Source: Mobula hypostoma (taxonomy: Eukaryota). From it: a stretch of 64,000 nt of DNA. Of this stretch, positions 12,110 to 23,484 are shown piece by piece. How positions within the stretch are numbered: the stretch's first letter is position 1; each line of letters starts with the position of its first letter. A program made the position numbers and the translations under genes. The notes beneath the pieces were generated by a model. It saw only the letters and a list, made by a program, of their open reading frames with translations, had not been told where the DNA came from and ran no database searches. The stretch covers positions 11,780,001 through 11,844,000 of the forward strand of contig NC_086108.1 of the NCBI RefSeq assembly GCF_963921235.1. Reading direction: 5' to 3'.

Positions 12110-12280
12110 GGTGAACACACCAGCTCACACTCTCTGCTTGCATTCTCAATCAAACACCTCCTGTCCTGTTCTGTGCTAGAATCTGTGGTCCACACATTGG
12201 TCTCATCAGCCACATCCAAACATATGGAACTGGTGCAGAAACTGGTTGTCCTCAGTTCCAAAGAACAGTCGGAGAAGAAG
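12110..12280 (+). mobile_element. RTE LINE 3'-end remnant
   Basis: Encodes CPVCARICGPHIGLISHIQT-like sequence, resembling the RTE C-terminal C2H2 motif, followed by a GAAGAAG tail. Confidence 0.55.
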
Positions 12281-12919
12281 GTGAGGCTGTTGTGGGACTT
12301 TGGCCTCTTCACAATGAGGCAGGTGCTACACAGAGAGGCAGCTGGATAATTTGTGAGGTGTTTACGCTATAGCTCTCCCAAGGGTTTCCTCACCATCCTA
12401 CATTCTCTTCTCAACTTTGGGCCAAGGATCTGAAGAGGTGACCAGGAAAATTGATAAAGGTAGTGAACATTGTCCACATGGACTTTAGTGAGGCTTTAGA
12501 CAAAATCTCACATGGGAAGCTGGTCCAGAAGGTTCCATCTCTTAGCATTCAGGACGAAGAAGTACTTTGGATTAGACATTGGCTTCACGGGAACAGGAAT
12601 GTTCAGGGTTCAAGATGCATTTATTATCAAAGTGTATGCAGTATACAGCTCTGAGACTTATCAGAGAGTGGGAGTAGATGGTTGCCTCTCTGACCAGAGG
12701 CCTGTGACCGGTGGTGTACCGCAGGGATCGGTGCTAGCTCTACTATTGTTTGACATCTATGTCAATGATTTTGATGATAATGTAGTAAATTGGATCAGCC
12801 GATTTGGAGATGATGCTAAGACTCGGTATGTAGTGGACAGCGAGGAATGCTATCAAAGCTTGCAAAGTCATCTGGACCATCTGGGAAAATGGGCTGAAAA
12901 ATGGCAGATGTAATTTAAA

Positions 12920-13055
12920 AAACAAGAGAAAATCTGCAGATGCTGAAAATCCAACCAACACACAAAATTCTGAAGGAATGCGGCAGGCCAGGTGGCATCA
13001 ATGGAAAACAGTACAGTCGACGTTTAGGGCCAAGACCCTTCAACAGGACTGGGGA
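12920..13055 (-). mobile_element. Penelope pseudo-LTR fragment with a mutated hammerhead motif
   Basis: AAATCTGCAGATGCTG...CAGTCGACGTTTAGGGCCAAGACCCTTCAACAGGACT is similar to 28515-28610. Confidence 0.75.
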
Positions 13056-13104
13056 AAAAGATGAGAAGTCAGGTGGAATTTAATGCAGACAAGTGTGAGG
13101 TGTT

Positions 13105-16100
13105 ATAACTTCTGGATTGCTACCTGTGCCGCACGCCAGTGAGGGTAGAAACAAGATGACTTGGCAGATTAATGCATGGTTGAGAAGCTGGTGCAGGGGG
13201 CAGGGCTTCAGATTCTTGGTTCATTGGGATCTCTTCTGGAGGAGGAGAGATCCCAAGGAGAGACACCAATATTCTCACGGGCAGGATTGTTAGAGCTCTT
13301 GGGGAGGGCTTAAACTAATTGGTCAGGGGGTTGGAACCAGAGAGAAGAGACTCAGGATGGTAAAAAAGCAAATAGCATGCAGTCAGAGTGTCAGGAACTG
13401 AAGACAGATGTCAGGTCAAAATTGCAGCCAGCAGGGTGAGTATCAGTGCACTGGGGATGCAGAATCAAAACGAGTAGCAAATGCAGTACTCGAAGTGTAA
13501 TATCTCAATGCACGAGTGTACAAGAAATGAGGTGGATGATCTTGTTGCACTATTACAGATTGTCAGGTATGATGCTGTGGTTATAGTTAGGAACTGAATA
13601 TCCAAGGTTATACGTTGTATTGGAAGGATAGAAAGGTAGGCAGAGAGGGTGGTGTGGCTCTGCTGGTAAAGAATTGCATCAAATCAGAGAAAGATGTGAT
13701 ATGCGGTTGGAAGATGCTGCGCTCTTATGGGTTGAGTTAAGAAACTGCCAAGGTAAAAGGACCCTGATGGCAGTTAAATACATGCCTGCCAATAGTAGCT
13801 GGGAAGTGGACCACAGATTACACGGGAAATAGGAAAGGTGTGTCAAAAGGGCAATCTTATCATAGTCACAGGAGACTTTAACACGCTGACCTGCATTGGG
13901 AAAATCAGTTGGTAATGGTTCTCAAGAGAGTAAATTTGTTGAATGGCTATGAGATGGCCTTTTAGAGCAGTTTGTTGTTGAGCCTACTAGGGGATCAGAC
14001 AAACTGGATTGGGTGTTATGTAATGCATTGGAGACGATTAGGGAGCTTAAGGTAAAAGAACCTTAATGAGACAGTGATCACAATATGATTGAGTTCAACT
14101 TGAAATTAGGAGAAAGTAAAGTCAGATGTACCAGTATTTCAGTAGAGTAAAGGAAATTACAGTGGTATGAGAGAGGATTTGGGCAAAGTAAATTGGAAAG
14201 AGATGCTGACAGGGATGACAACAGAGCAACAATGTTGTGAATTCCTAGGAAAAATGAGGAAGGTGCAGAACAGATGTATTCCAAAAATTAATAAATACTG
14301 AAATAGCAAAATAATATAACTGTGGCTGACAAGGGAAGTCAAAGCTAATGGAAAATCAAAAGAGATGGCATACAACAAAGCAAAAATTAACAGGAAGATA
14401 GAAGAATTGAAGCTTTTAAAAACTGACAGTGAGCAACCAACAAATCAATAGAAGGGAAGAGATGAAATATGAAAGCAAGCTAGCAAACAATATCAAAGTG
14501 GATGGTAAAAGCTTTCTCAAGTATGTAAAAAATAAGAGAGATGAGAGTTATCATCGGTCTGCAGAAAATGAGGTGCTAGAAATAATAATGGCCAACAAGA
14601 AGATGGCAGATGATCTAAATGAATATTTTGCTTCAGTCTTCACTGTGGAAGAAACTAGCAGTGTGCCAGATGTTGACTGGTGTGAGGGAAGAGAAGTGAG
14701 TGCAGTTACAATAAGGAAGGAGAATTTGCCCAGAAAGCTGGAAGACCTAAGGGTACATAAGGCCTGGACCAGATGAACTGCAGCCTAGGGTTCAGAAAGA
14801 GGGATCAGTAAAGATTGTGGAAGCACTAGTAACGATCTTTGAAAAATCATTGGACTCTGGCATGGTGCAAATGTCACTCCACTCTTTAAGAAAGGAGGAA
14901 GGCAGCAGAAAGAAAAGTATAGGCCAGTTAGCCTGACTTCAGTGGTTGGGAAGACGATAGAGTCAATTGTTAAGGATATTATGGAGTACTTGGTGACACA
15001 GGACAAGATAGGACAAAGTCAGCATGATTTTATTAAAGGAAATTTTGCCTGACTAACCTGCTGGTATTCTTTTAGGAGATTACAAGTAGGATGAAAAAAA
15101 GGGATGCAGTGGATATTGTATATTTGGATTTTCAAAAGGTCTTTGAGGCTGCTTACCAAGGTAAGAGCCCATAATATTATAGGAAAGTTACTGACATGGT
15201 TAGAACTTTGGCTGATTGGTAGGAGGCAGTGAATGGGAATGAAAGGATCCTTTTCTGGTTGGTTGCCTGTGACTAGTGGTTTTCCACAAGGTTTGGTGTT
15301 GGGACTGCTTCTTTTTATGCTGCATATAAATGATTTTAATGCTGGAATTGATGGCTTTGTTGCCAAGTTTTCAAATGATATGAAGACTGACAGAGGGACA
15401 GGTATTGTTGAGGAAACAGGTAGGCTGCAAAAGGGCTTAGCCAGATTAGGAGAATAGACAAGAAAGTGGCAAATGAAATACAATGTTGGAAAATGCATGG
15501 TCGTGCACACTGGTAGCAGATATAAATGTGCAGACTATTTTCTAAACAGGGAGAAAATCCAAAAATCAGAGATGCAAAAGGACTTGTTCAAAACATCCTA
15601 AAGGTTAACTTGCAGGTTGAGTCGGTGGTGAGGAAGTTAAATGACATGTTAGCATTCATTTCAAGAGGTCTGGAAAACAAGAGCAAAGAAGTGATGCTGA
15701 GGCTTTATAAGGCACGGGCGAGGCCTCACCTTGAGTATTGTGAACAGTTTTTGGTTCCTCATCTAAGTAAAGATGTGTTGGCATTGCAGAGGGTCCAGAG
15801 GAAGTTCAGAAAGATGATTTGTGAAGTGAAATGTTTATCATATGAGGAACATTTGATGGCTCTGGGTTCTAGACTTCAGAAGGATGAGAGGCGATCTCAT
15901 TGAAATCCTTCGAACATTCAAAGGCCTATGAGTTGATGTGGGAAGGATGTTTCCCATGGCGGAAGTGTCTAGGACAAGAGGGCACAATCTCAGGTTAGAC
16001 AGGCCTCCTTTTAAAACAGAGATGTGGAAAAAGTTCTTTAGTCAGAAGGTGATGAATTTGTGGCAATTGTTACCATTGGCAGCTGGTTGGAGGCCAGGTC

Positions 16101-16232
16101 ATTGGGTGTATTTAAGGTAGAGATTGATTGCACATGGTATCAAAGGTTATGGGGAGAAGGCCATGATTGAATGGCTGAGCAGACTCGATGGGCCAAATGT
16201 CTTCATTCTGCTCCTATGTCTTATGGTCTTTT
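13105..16232 (+). mobile_element. Decayed long CR1 (end of ORF1 esterase, ORF2 endonuclease and RT, 3' UTR)
   Basis: SGLLPVPHA...NAWLRSWCRGQGFRFL.HWDLFW (ORF1); ORF2 fragments at 14429, 15233, 15526 and 15938; CTTATGGT tail. Confidence 0.88.
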
Positions 16233-16738
16233 GATTTTATGGCATTACAGTTTGGGAGGTCAAACCATGGTAGGACTTACACAGAGAGTGGTAGAGAACT
16301 GTGGTACTTGGTAGAATAGGAGGACGTGGAAATACAGATTCATAATTTATTGAATGTGGCATCACAAATAGATAGGGTCATAAAGAGAGCTTTTGTCACA
16401 TTGGCCTTCATAAATCAGGGCATTTAGTGCAGGAATAGGGATGTTATGTTGAAATTGTATAAGACAATGCTGAGGAAATTGTGGTCAACTACCTGCAGGA
16501 AACATATCAATAAGTTTGAAAGAGTACAGAAAAAATTACAAGAATGTTGCTGGGACTTGAGAACCTGAGTGATAGGGAAAGATTGAATAAGCTAGGACTT
16601 TATTTCCTAAAGTGCAGGAGAATTAGGGGAATCTTGCAGTGGTATTGAAAATTACTAGGAGTGTAGATAGGGTGAATGCATGAAAGATTTCTTCCCTCAG
16701 AGTAGGAGAGACTAGAACTGAGATTCATTGGTTTAGAT

Positions 16739-16817
16739 CGGGGTTCCCAATCTGGGGTCCATGGATCCTTCGGTTAATAGTAAGGTTCCATGGCATAAAA
16801 AAAGTTGGGAACCCCTG
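16739..16817. mobile_element. hAT (Charlie-like) MITE, about 80 bp
   Basis: TIR CGGGGTTCCCAA...TTGGGAACCCCTG; flanks GTTTAGAT/ATTTAGGG; second copy at 61201. Confidence 0.7.
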
Positions 16818-17659
16818 ATTTAGGGTGAAAGGTAATATATTTGAGGGGAATATGAGGGGGTAAATCTTCACTCAGAGGATGGTGTGAGTGTGGAACAAGC
16901 TGCCGGAAGATCTAGTAGATTCAGCTTCAGTTGCAAGATTTATGAAATTTGGATAGGTACATGGATGAGGAGGGTTTGGAGGAATATGGTCGGGGTGTAT
17001 TTAGGTAGGACTAACAGAAATCTAGGCTGGCATGGACTAGATGGGCCAAATCCCTGTTTCTGTCCTCCATGCTCTGTGACTCTGTGATTTCCCATGAATT
17101 TCCTACTCATCTTCAACCAAATTGGAGGGCATCTTTGAATCTTTTTCTCTGTTAACATTATGTCTAGATGGTTTGAAAGAGAAAGAGAAGCATGCAGAAG
17201 ATTCAGGCAATGCTGGACGTCAGTTGGGGATAAGGAGGATAGCTAACTAATCTCATCACTGGCACTGTAGTCAGGAATCATGTACAGAACTTGTCCAGTC
17301 TCCTCTCAGTCACCAGCATGGTGGACAGTGCTGTTAATTGTTCTCTTCTTTGCCACTTAACAATAATTGCCTGGTTGAACTACTTATAGTATATGCATGT
17401 TTAGTATGTTTCCTAATGGCCACAGTGTGCATATGCAATGGTTACAGTTCCTTGTTTCATTCTGGAAAGTTCTGGAAGCTTCTCTGGCATTGTAATATTT
17501 AAATATTTTTATTGAGTATAGGTCCAGAGCCGTCAAACACCCCTCATACATTAACCCTTCCAATTCCAGAATCATTCCTGTGAACATCCTCTGATCCCTG
17601 TTTAACGACAGCACAGCCTTTCTTAGATAAAGGGCTCAAAACTGCACATCACATAGAGT

Positions 17660-17885
17660 AAACACGAGGAAATCTGCAGATGCTGGAAATTCAAGCAACA
17701 CACACAAAAATTACTGGTGAATGCAGCAGGCCAGACAGCATCTATAGGAAGAGGTACAGTCGACGTTTCGGGCTGAGACCCTTAGTCAGGACTTGAAGGG
17801 TCTTGGCCTGAAACGTCGACTGTATCTCTTCCTATAGATGCTGCCTGGCCTGCTGCGTTCACCAGTATTTTTTGTGTGTGTTGCG
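17660..17885. mobile_element. Penelope-derived fold-back mini-element
   Basis: About 17695-17785 is the reverse complement of about 17795-17884; both arms are Penelope terminal sequence. Confidence 0.85.
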
Positions 17886-18149
17886 TCACATAGAGTAGAC
17901 GGGCCAAAGGGCCTGTTTCTAGTTCTCTATGACCCTAAAACCACCAGGTCGATCAGAAGGTTTGTGACACAATTTGTGTTATACAAGTTAATATTTAAAG
18001 GTAATTGATAACTATTGTATAAATAGTTAATTTTACCAACATTAGTAATTAACTGAAAAGCCTTATTATATAAACTAACCATATTACAAGTTAAACTAAC
18101 ATTTTTGAACAACATCAATCCAGAGATTGAAACCTTATTTTTATTTTAT

Positions 18150-18360
18150 TTAGAGATACAGTGCAGAATAGGCCCTTCCAGCCCTTCCAGCCACATTACC
18201 CGCAACCCCCAATTTAGCCCTAGCCTAATGACCGGACAGTTTACAATCACCATTTAACCTACCAACCAATATGTCTTTGATCACAGGGATAATGTATAAA
18301 CTCCTTACAGACAGCGGTGGGAATTGAACCGGGGTTGCTGGTACTGTAAAGTTTTGTGCA
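18150..18360 (-). mobile_element. SINE remnant
   Basis: AAACTCCTTACAGACAGCGGTGGGAATTGAACC is the reverse complement of the SINE B-box region. Confidence 0.65.
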
Positions 18361-18373
18361 TCATGACACCCCA

Positions 18374-18443
18374 ACTAAATATTATCCAGTTATTGCTGCT
18401 AAGGTTAAGTTAAGTTAGTAGCAATAACTGGATAATGTTTAGT
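18374..18443 (+). other. Inverted repeat forming a 29-bp stem with a 12-nt loop
   Basis: ACTAAATATTATCCAGTTATTGCTGCTAA pairs with TTAGTAGCAATAACTGGATAATGTTTAGT: 27 Watson-Crick pairs plus 2 G-U pairs. Confidence 0.9.
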
Positions 18444-19431
18444 CCTTACTGCCTCCAGCACAACACATCACACCGAAGAGGAACGTGGCAAATTTCTAGC
18501 ATTGTCGATGTTTAGAAACTCTGGGACTATCCAGTTTACCACAGGACTGTTCCCCTTTTTGTGTTGTTGTCTTAGCCCACATAACATGTATCTATTAGGC
18601 GATTCTGTGCCCCTCACATCCGCACAATCGTTTCTGTGGCTGATTTCATGGGCTGCAGTGAGATTTCTTAAAAATATCTATAAAATTTCATAATGCTTGT
18701 GCTCCAGGCATTTTTAAATAACTGCAACCAAGGGCTTCAGTTCTGATCAACTTGATGGAGTATTTCAATCAGACACAAGGACAGTCAATCTCCTTAATTC
18801 TAAACCACTCTTGCTCCGTGATTTCAGTTGTGTTTTCAGCAATTTGCTGTTACTAATGGTCCCATTTGGTAAATGTCAAGGATCAACAGAAACAGGATGG
18901 AAATTTTTAAATTCTTTCCTCGTAATCAGATCGTGTCAGAAAATCTCATCTCCTCACAGTTAACAAGTTTATCATCTGTTGTAAGGACATTATCCAGAAA
19001 CCTTGCCATTTCCTCTGCCTCTAATTCAACACTGTCCACCTGATCCTCAGATATCTGGAAGGCTGCAGAGTCTTGTGTTTGACACATCGAGAGCACTCAG
19101 GCTAGAAAAGTAGCTTCATATATTCAGGAGTAGTTAGACATCAAACAACACTTCTGATAGCAAATAATTCTTTGAAGAAATCCTGTAGGTTGGGCCTACA
19201 AGAGTACAAAGGAACGTAGATCAGGAACGTAATGATAAAGAAGTGGGTTACTGCAGAAAGTCGTGACAAATCGTGGAATTATATAAAGGGAAAAGATCAG
19301 CTTTATTTGTCACAGGTACAGTACTGTGCAAAAGAGGCACAGATACAGTATATAGATAGGGTGCCTAAGGCTTTTGCATTTATAATGTGGAGTGGAGAAA
19401 ATGTTTGCAAACTTGGCGGGAGTAAAAGATT

Positions 19432-19622
19432 GCACACGAAATGCTGGAGGAACTCAGCAGGACAGGCAACATCTATGGAAAACAGTAAATAGTCGACTTT
19501 TCGGGCTGAGACACTGCTTTGGTCCAGAATGTCAACTCTTTACTCTGTTCCATAGATGTCACTTGACCCGCTTAGTTCCTCCAGCATTTTGTGTGTGTTG
19601 TTTGGATTTCCTGCATTTGGAG
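19432..19622. mobile_element. Older Penelope-derived fold-back mini-element
   Basis: CACACGAAATGCTGGAGGAACTCAGC...GCTTAGTTCCTCCAGCATTTTGTGTGTG inverted arms. Confidence 0.75.
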
Positions 19623-20024
19623 GTTCTTTTGTCTTTGGGAGTAAAGGAATGGCGATGGGTGGAGCGCTTAGGGAGGGACAGGTGGCAGAGAAGGATTGCC
19701 GAGGGTGTGGGGAAGTGGCGCAGGTGCAGACATACCCAGCTCCGAGCATTTGATTCCAAATAAGTGTTTATTGATCAATACAGAATGCCTCCCTGGTGCT
19801 TCCCACTCCTTCCCTTCTCCCAACTGTGATTCCCCGCTCCCTGACCCTTTCCCACTCTCAGTCCACAATAGAGACCCAAATCAGAATCAGGTTTAAGATC
19901 ACTCACATATATCATGAAATTTGTTTTTTTTTTGCGGCAACAGTACAGTGTAATGCAAAAAACTTACTACAGTACTGTGCAGAAGTATTAGGCCCCCTAG
20001 CAACATATATGTGTCCAATACTTT

Positions 20025-20275
20025 TGTACATTGAAGCATTGAAACACACAGGGAAATAGTCATTTGTGTTAATGACCAACAAAGTCGAAGGATGTGCTGG
20101 GAAGGCCAGTAAGTGTCGCCACACTTCCAGTGCCAACATAGCATGCCCACAACTTACTAACTCTAACTGGTATGTCTTTGGCATGTGGGAGGAAACTGGA
20201 GCACCCAGAGGAAACCTATGTGGTTTCAGAGAGAACGTATAAACTCCTTACAGACAGCGGCAGAAATTGAACTTT
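20025..20275 (-). mobile_element. V-SINE
   Basis: TGTGGGAGGAAACTGGAGCACCCAGAGGAAACC is the reverse complement of the V-domain. Confidence 0.8.
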
Positions 20276-20287
20276 GATAGAAGATTA

Positions 20288-21089
20288 CAGTGAATAACAA
20301 AGATTTTTCTTCCTGAATACTTTTTGGTGTATCATATGGATTTTGGGCTGCTGATCAAGAGAATCACCATGAAAGTTTCTTATCATGCACCAGTTTTTGA
20401 AATAATCTATATTTGTTATTTCAATTCATAATTCAAGTCAGAGTAACTGATGCCACGATTAAGGAAGACATTTTTGTTGGTCCACAAATCAAACAGGTCA
20501 TCAATGACAGGCAATTCAAAAAGACCTCTAGTGGGACCAGAGAAAATCTCATGGAAGGGCATTCAAGGATGTTTTTGAAAATTTTCTTGGCAACTGCAGA
20601 GCACCAAACTATGTACAGCTAGTTGAAAAAAAGCTTCCAGCATACAAGACCATGAAGTGCAACATGTCACTAAAGATTCATTTTTCCTTTCCCATTTAGA
20701 ATTCTTCCCTGCAAATCTCGGCACTGTCAGCAATGAGCATGGTAAAAGTTTCACCAGTTCATTGTGGTCATGGAGAATTGGTACCAGGGAAACTGGAATC
20801 CATCAATGTTGGCTGATGGTTGTTGGACACTTAAGTGAGAAGCCTCAGACACTGAGTACAAATGAAAATCATCAACAAAACATTTTTAGCTTAGTTGAAC
20901 TATTACAAAGCATCAACACCATTATGCAATTAAACACATTATATTCAATAAAGGTAATTTCTTGTTTCTCCAAATTCCTACGTGATACAAATAGTCTGAA
21001 ATTCAATTTGTGTTCAGCTTCAAGTGGTCTATCATAATGAAACAAAAATTCTGAGGAAGCAACTCTTTAAAAAAATGTGTTGTAGAGTG
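20288..21089 (+). mobile_element. Internally deleted Chapaev3-like DNA transposon keeping the transposase C-terminus
   Basis: Frameshifted DATIKEDIFVGPQIKQVINDRQF...KCNMSLKIHF..SHLEFFPANLGTVSNEHG.....GNWNPSMLA; right end TGTTGTAGAGTG. Family assigned from my recollection of this motif. Confidence 0.7.
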
Positions 21090-21444
21090 TTTCTGGAACA
21101 CTACCATACCATTTCTACATTACATACTGGGTAAAACCCTGGAACTGAGAGGAAAGAAAATACATCAAAGACAACAGAGAACAAGAAAAGTACAACCAAG
21201 AAGATTTTTATCAGGAAAGGTATGGAGAGAGCATCGAGGGATTTCTGTTCCATGTCTGTCCCTGGGCTGGGACAGTGTGGGAGAGATGTCTAACTTGTGC
21301 TCATCCTGCACTATTCCTGTTCAGCAATAAGTGCAGAGGAAGGTTGATGTTGGTCGATCCTGTGTTGTTGCTGCATTGGAAATGTTGCATGGGAGGGTGT
21401 TGATGGAGCTTTATCATTGATCCAACCAGGAATGTTTGGCCAAT

Positions 21445-21630
21445 CGCTGGTGGAGTGGCATCAGCACCGGACTTCAAGGCGAGAGGTCCCAAGTTCGAAT
21501 CTGGCCGGCTTTCCATCTGTGCTAGGTAGAGCGTCGAGCTAACGACTTGACCTTGTGGAAAAACAGTCAGATGCTATAGAAATAGTAAAAATGCTGCCCA
21601 TCGTACCACCAGGCTTGAAAAGGAACAACG
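21445..21630 (+). mobile_element. tRNA-derived SINE, not V-type
   Basis: tRNA-like head with B-box AGTTCGAATC; ends AAAGGAACAAC; no intact cloverleaf. Confidence 0.55.
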
Positions 21631-21804
21631 ACTGAGAATGTTTAGGGACCAATTTAGAAAAAAAAATGAAAAATATGAGAAAGCTGTACTCAATGCCTTG
21701 ATCTGGGAAGGCAAGCACACCAAGTACACTATCCACATGCGTAAACATTTTCAGGGAACCATCACCTTGCTTGCCAGAATCACTCCTTATAGAATCTTCA
21801 CAAA

Positions 21805-22420
21805 ATTCGAAGTAAATTTATTATCAAAGTAATATATGTCGCCATATACAATCCTGAGATTCATTTTCTTGTGGGCATACTCAATAAATCAATAATAGAA
21901 AAATAACCTTAACAGAATCCAATGAGAGACCATACCAACTTGGGTGTTCAACTAGAGAGTAAAAGACAAAAAAACTGCGAAAATACAAAAAAAGGAAATA
22001 GTAATGATAAGTAAATAGGCAATAAATATTGAGAACATGAGATGAAGTGAGTTGAAAGTGAGTTCAGAGGTTGTAGGAACAGTTTAATGATGGGGCAAGT
22101 GAAGCTGAGTGAAGTTATCCACTTTGGTTCAAGAACCTGATGCTTGAGGGGTTGTCACTGTTCCTGAACCTGGTGGTGCGAGTCCTGAGGCTCCTGTCCC
22201 TTCCCCCTAATGGCAGCAGTGAGAAAAGAGCATGTCCTGGGTGGTGGGGTTCCCTGATGATGAATACTGCTTTCCTGCAACAAGATTTTGTGTAGATGTG
22301 CTCAATGGTGGGGAGGGCTTTACCTGTGATGGACTGGGACATAGCCACTACTTTCTGTAGGATTTTCTGTTCAAAGGCATTGGTGTTTTCATACCATGCT
22401 GTGATGTAGCCAGTCACTAC
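21805..22420 (-). mobile_element. Rex1/Babar LINE 3' fragment
   Basis: ORF 22115-22417 reads TGYITAWY...LQKVV...HHPGHALFSLLP.G.R.RSLRTRTTRFRNS. Confidence 0.85.
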
Positions 22421-22744
22421 CCATCTGTACTACTCCATTACAAAGGTCCCAGCCACTTTCTGTATATGTTCTGCCAATATTCGATATCCAAAGATGAATT
22501 ACCTCATACTTGTCTAAATTAAATTATCTTATGACCTCACTATTTCTGCTGTCTTTTCGCATTACTTATTTATTTTTTAAGTTCCAGTATATTCCCTATT
22601 GTAATTCATAGCATATTTTATGGATTACAATGTACTGCTGCTGCAATCAACACATGTCATAACAGATCCCAGTGGTATTAAACCTGCTTCTGGTTCTGAT
22701 ACAGATATTCCACTTTTCACCACTCCACCCGTCTTTCCACCGTT

Positions 22745-23000
22745 TCATAGAATCATACAGAAGTACAGCACTGAAAGAAGCCCTTTAGCCCATCTAGTCC
22801 ATGCCAAACCATTTAAACTGCCTACTCCCATCGACCTGCACCCAGACTATAGACCTCCACACCCCTACCATCCATGTACCTATGCCAACTTCTCTTAAAT
22901 GGTGAAATCAACTTCACATGCACCACTTGCACTGGCAGCTCGTTTCAGACTCTCAGCGCCCTGTGAGAGAAGTTTCCCCTCATGTTCCAGTTGACCTTTG
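22745..23000 (-). mobile_element. CR1 3' fragment, same family as 277-740
   Basis: CATAGAATCATACAGAAGTACAGCAC...AAACCATTTAAACTGCC is shared with 280-370. Confidence 0.75.
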
Positions 23001-23154
23001 TCCCACTGTATCCTTAGATAATCTTCACTCCCTATGATTCCAACAAGAAATTGGCTTATCATTGTCACAGGTACTGAGATACAAACAAAAAAAAACAATG
23101 TTTTTCATGCCATCTGTACTCATCAATTAATTACAACATTGTATTATAGTACAA

Positions 23155-23370
23155 ACATGTGCGTTTTCTCTGGGTGCTCCGGTTTCTTCCCACATTGCGT
23201 AGGTGTACGGGCCAGGGTTAGCTCGTTGTGGGCAATCTATGCTGGCACCAGAAACGTGGTGACACTTGCCAGCTGCACCCTTGAAGTGACTGGTCACTGT
23301 GACGCATTTCACTGTATGTTTCAATGTTTCGATGTACATGCGACAAATAAAGCTAAGCTTTATCTTTAAC
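23155..23370 (+). mobile_element. Partial V-SINE
   Basis: TCTGGGTGCTCCGGTTTCTTCCCACA; tail ACAAATAAAGCTAA. Confidence 0.65.
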
Positions 23371-23484
23371 AGTACAGAATATGGTTTACAGTTACCCAGA
23401 GAAAGTGCAGTAAGGTACAAGGCCAGAATGAGGCAGATTGTGAGGTTGAGAATCCATTTTCTCGTACTGGGGACTAGATAACTG

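Larger units (their letters stand above)
12436..17088 (+). mobile_element. Old CR1 copy in two pieces (12436-13104 and 16245-17088), split by a second CR1
   Basis: [27 protein letters not shown]...EFNADKCEV up to 13104; resumes with FGRSNHGRTYT near 16250; CTCTGTGA tail near 17085. Confidence 0.75.

Noticed and set aside
21445..21510. Possible tRNA gene
   Set aside because: A B-box is present but there is no complete cloverleaf, and it continues into a SINE-like body.
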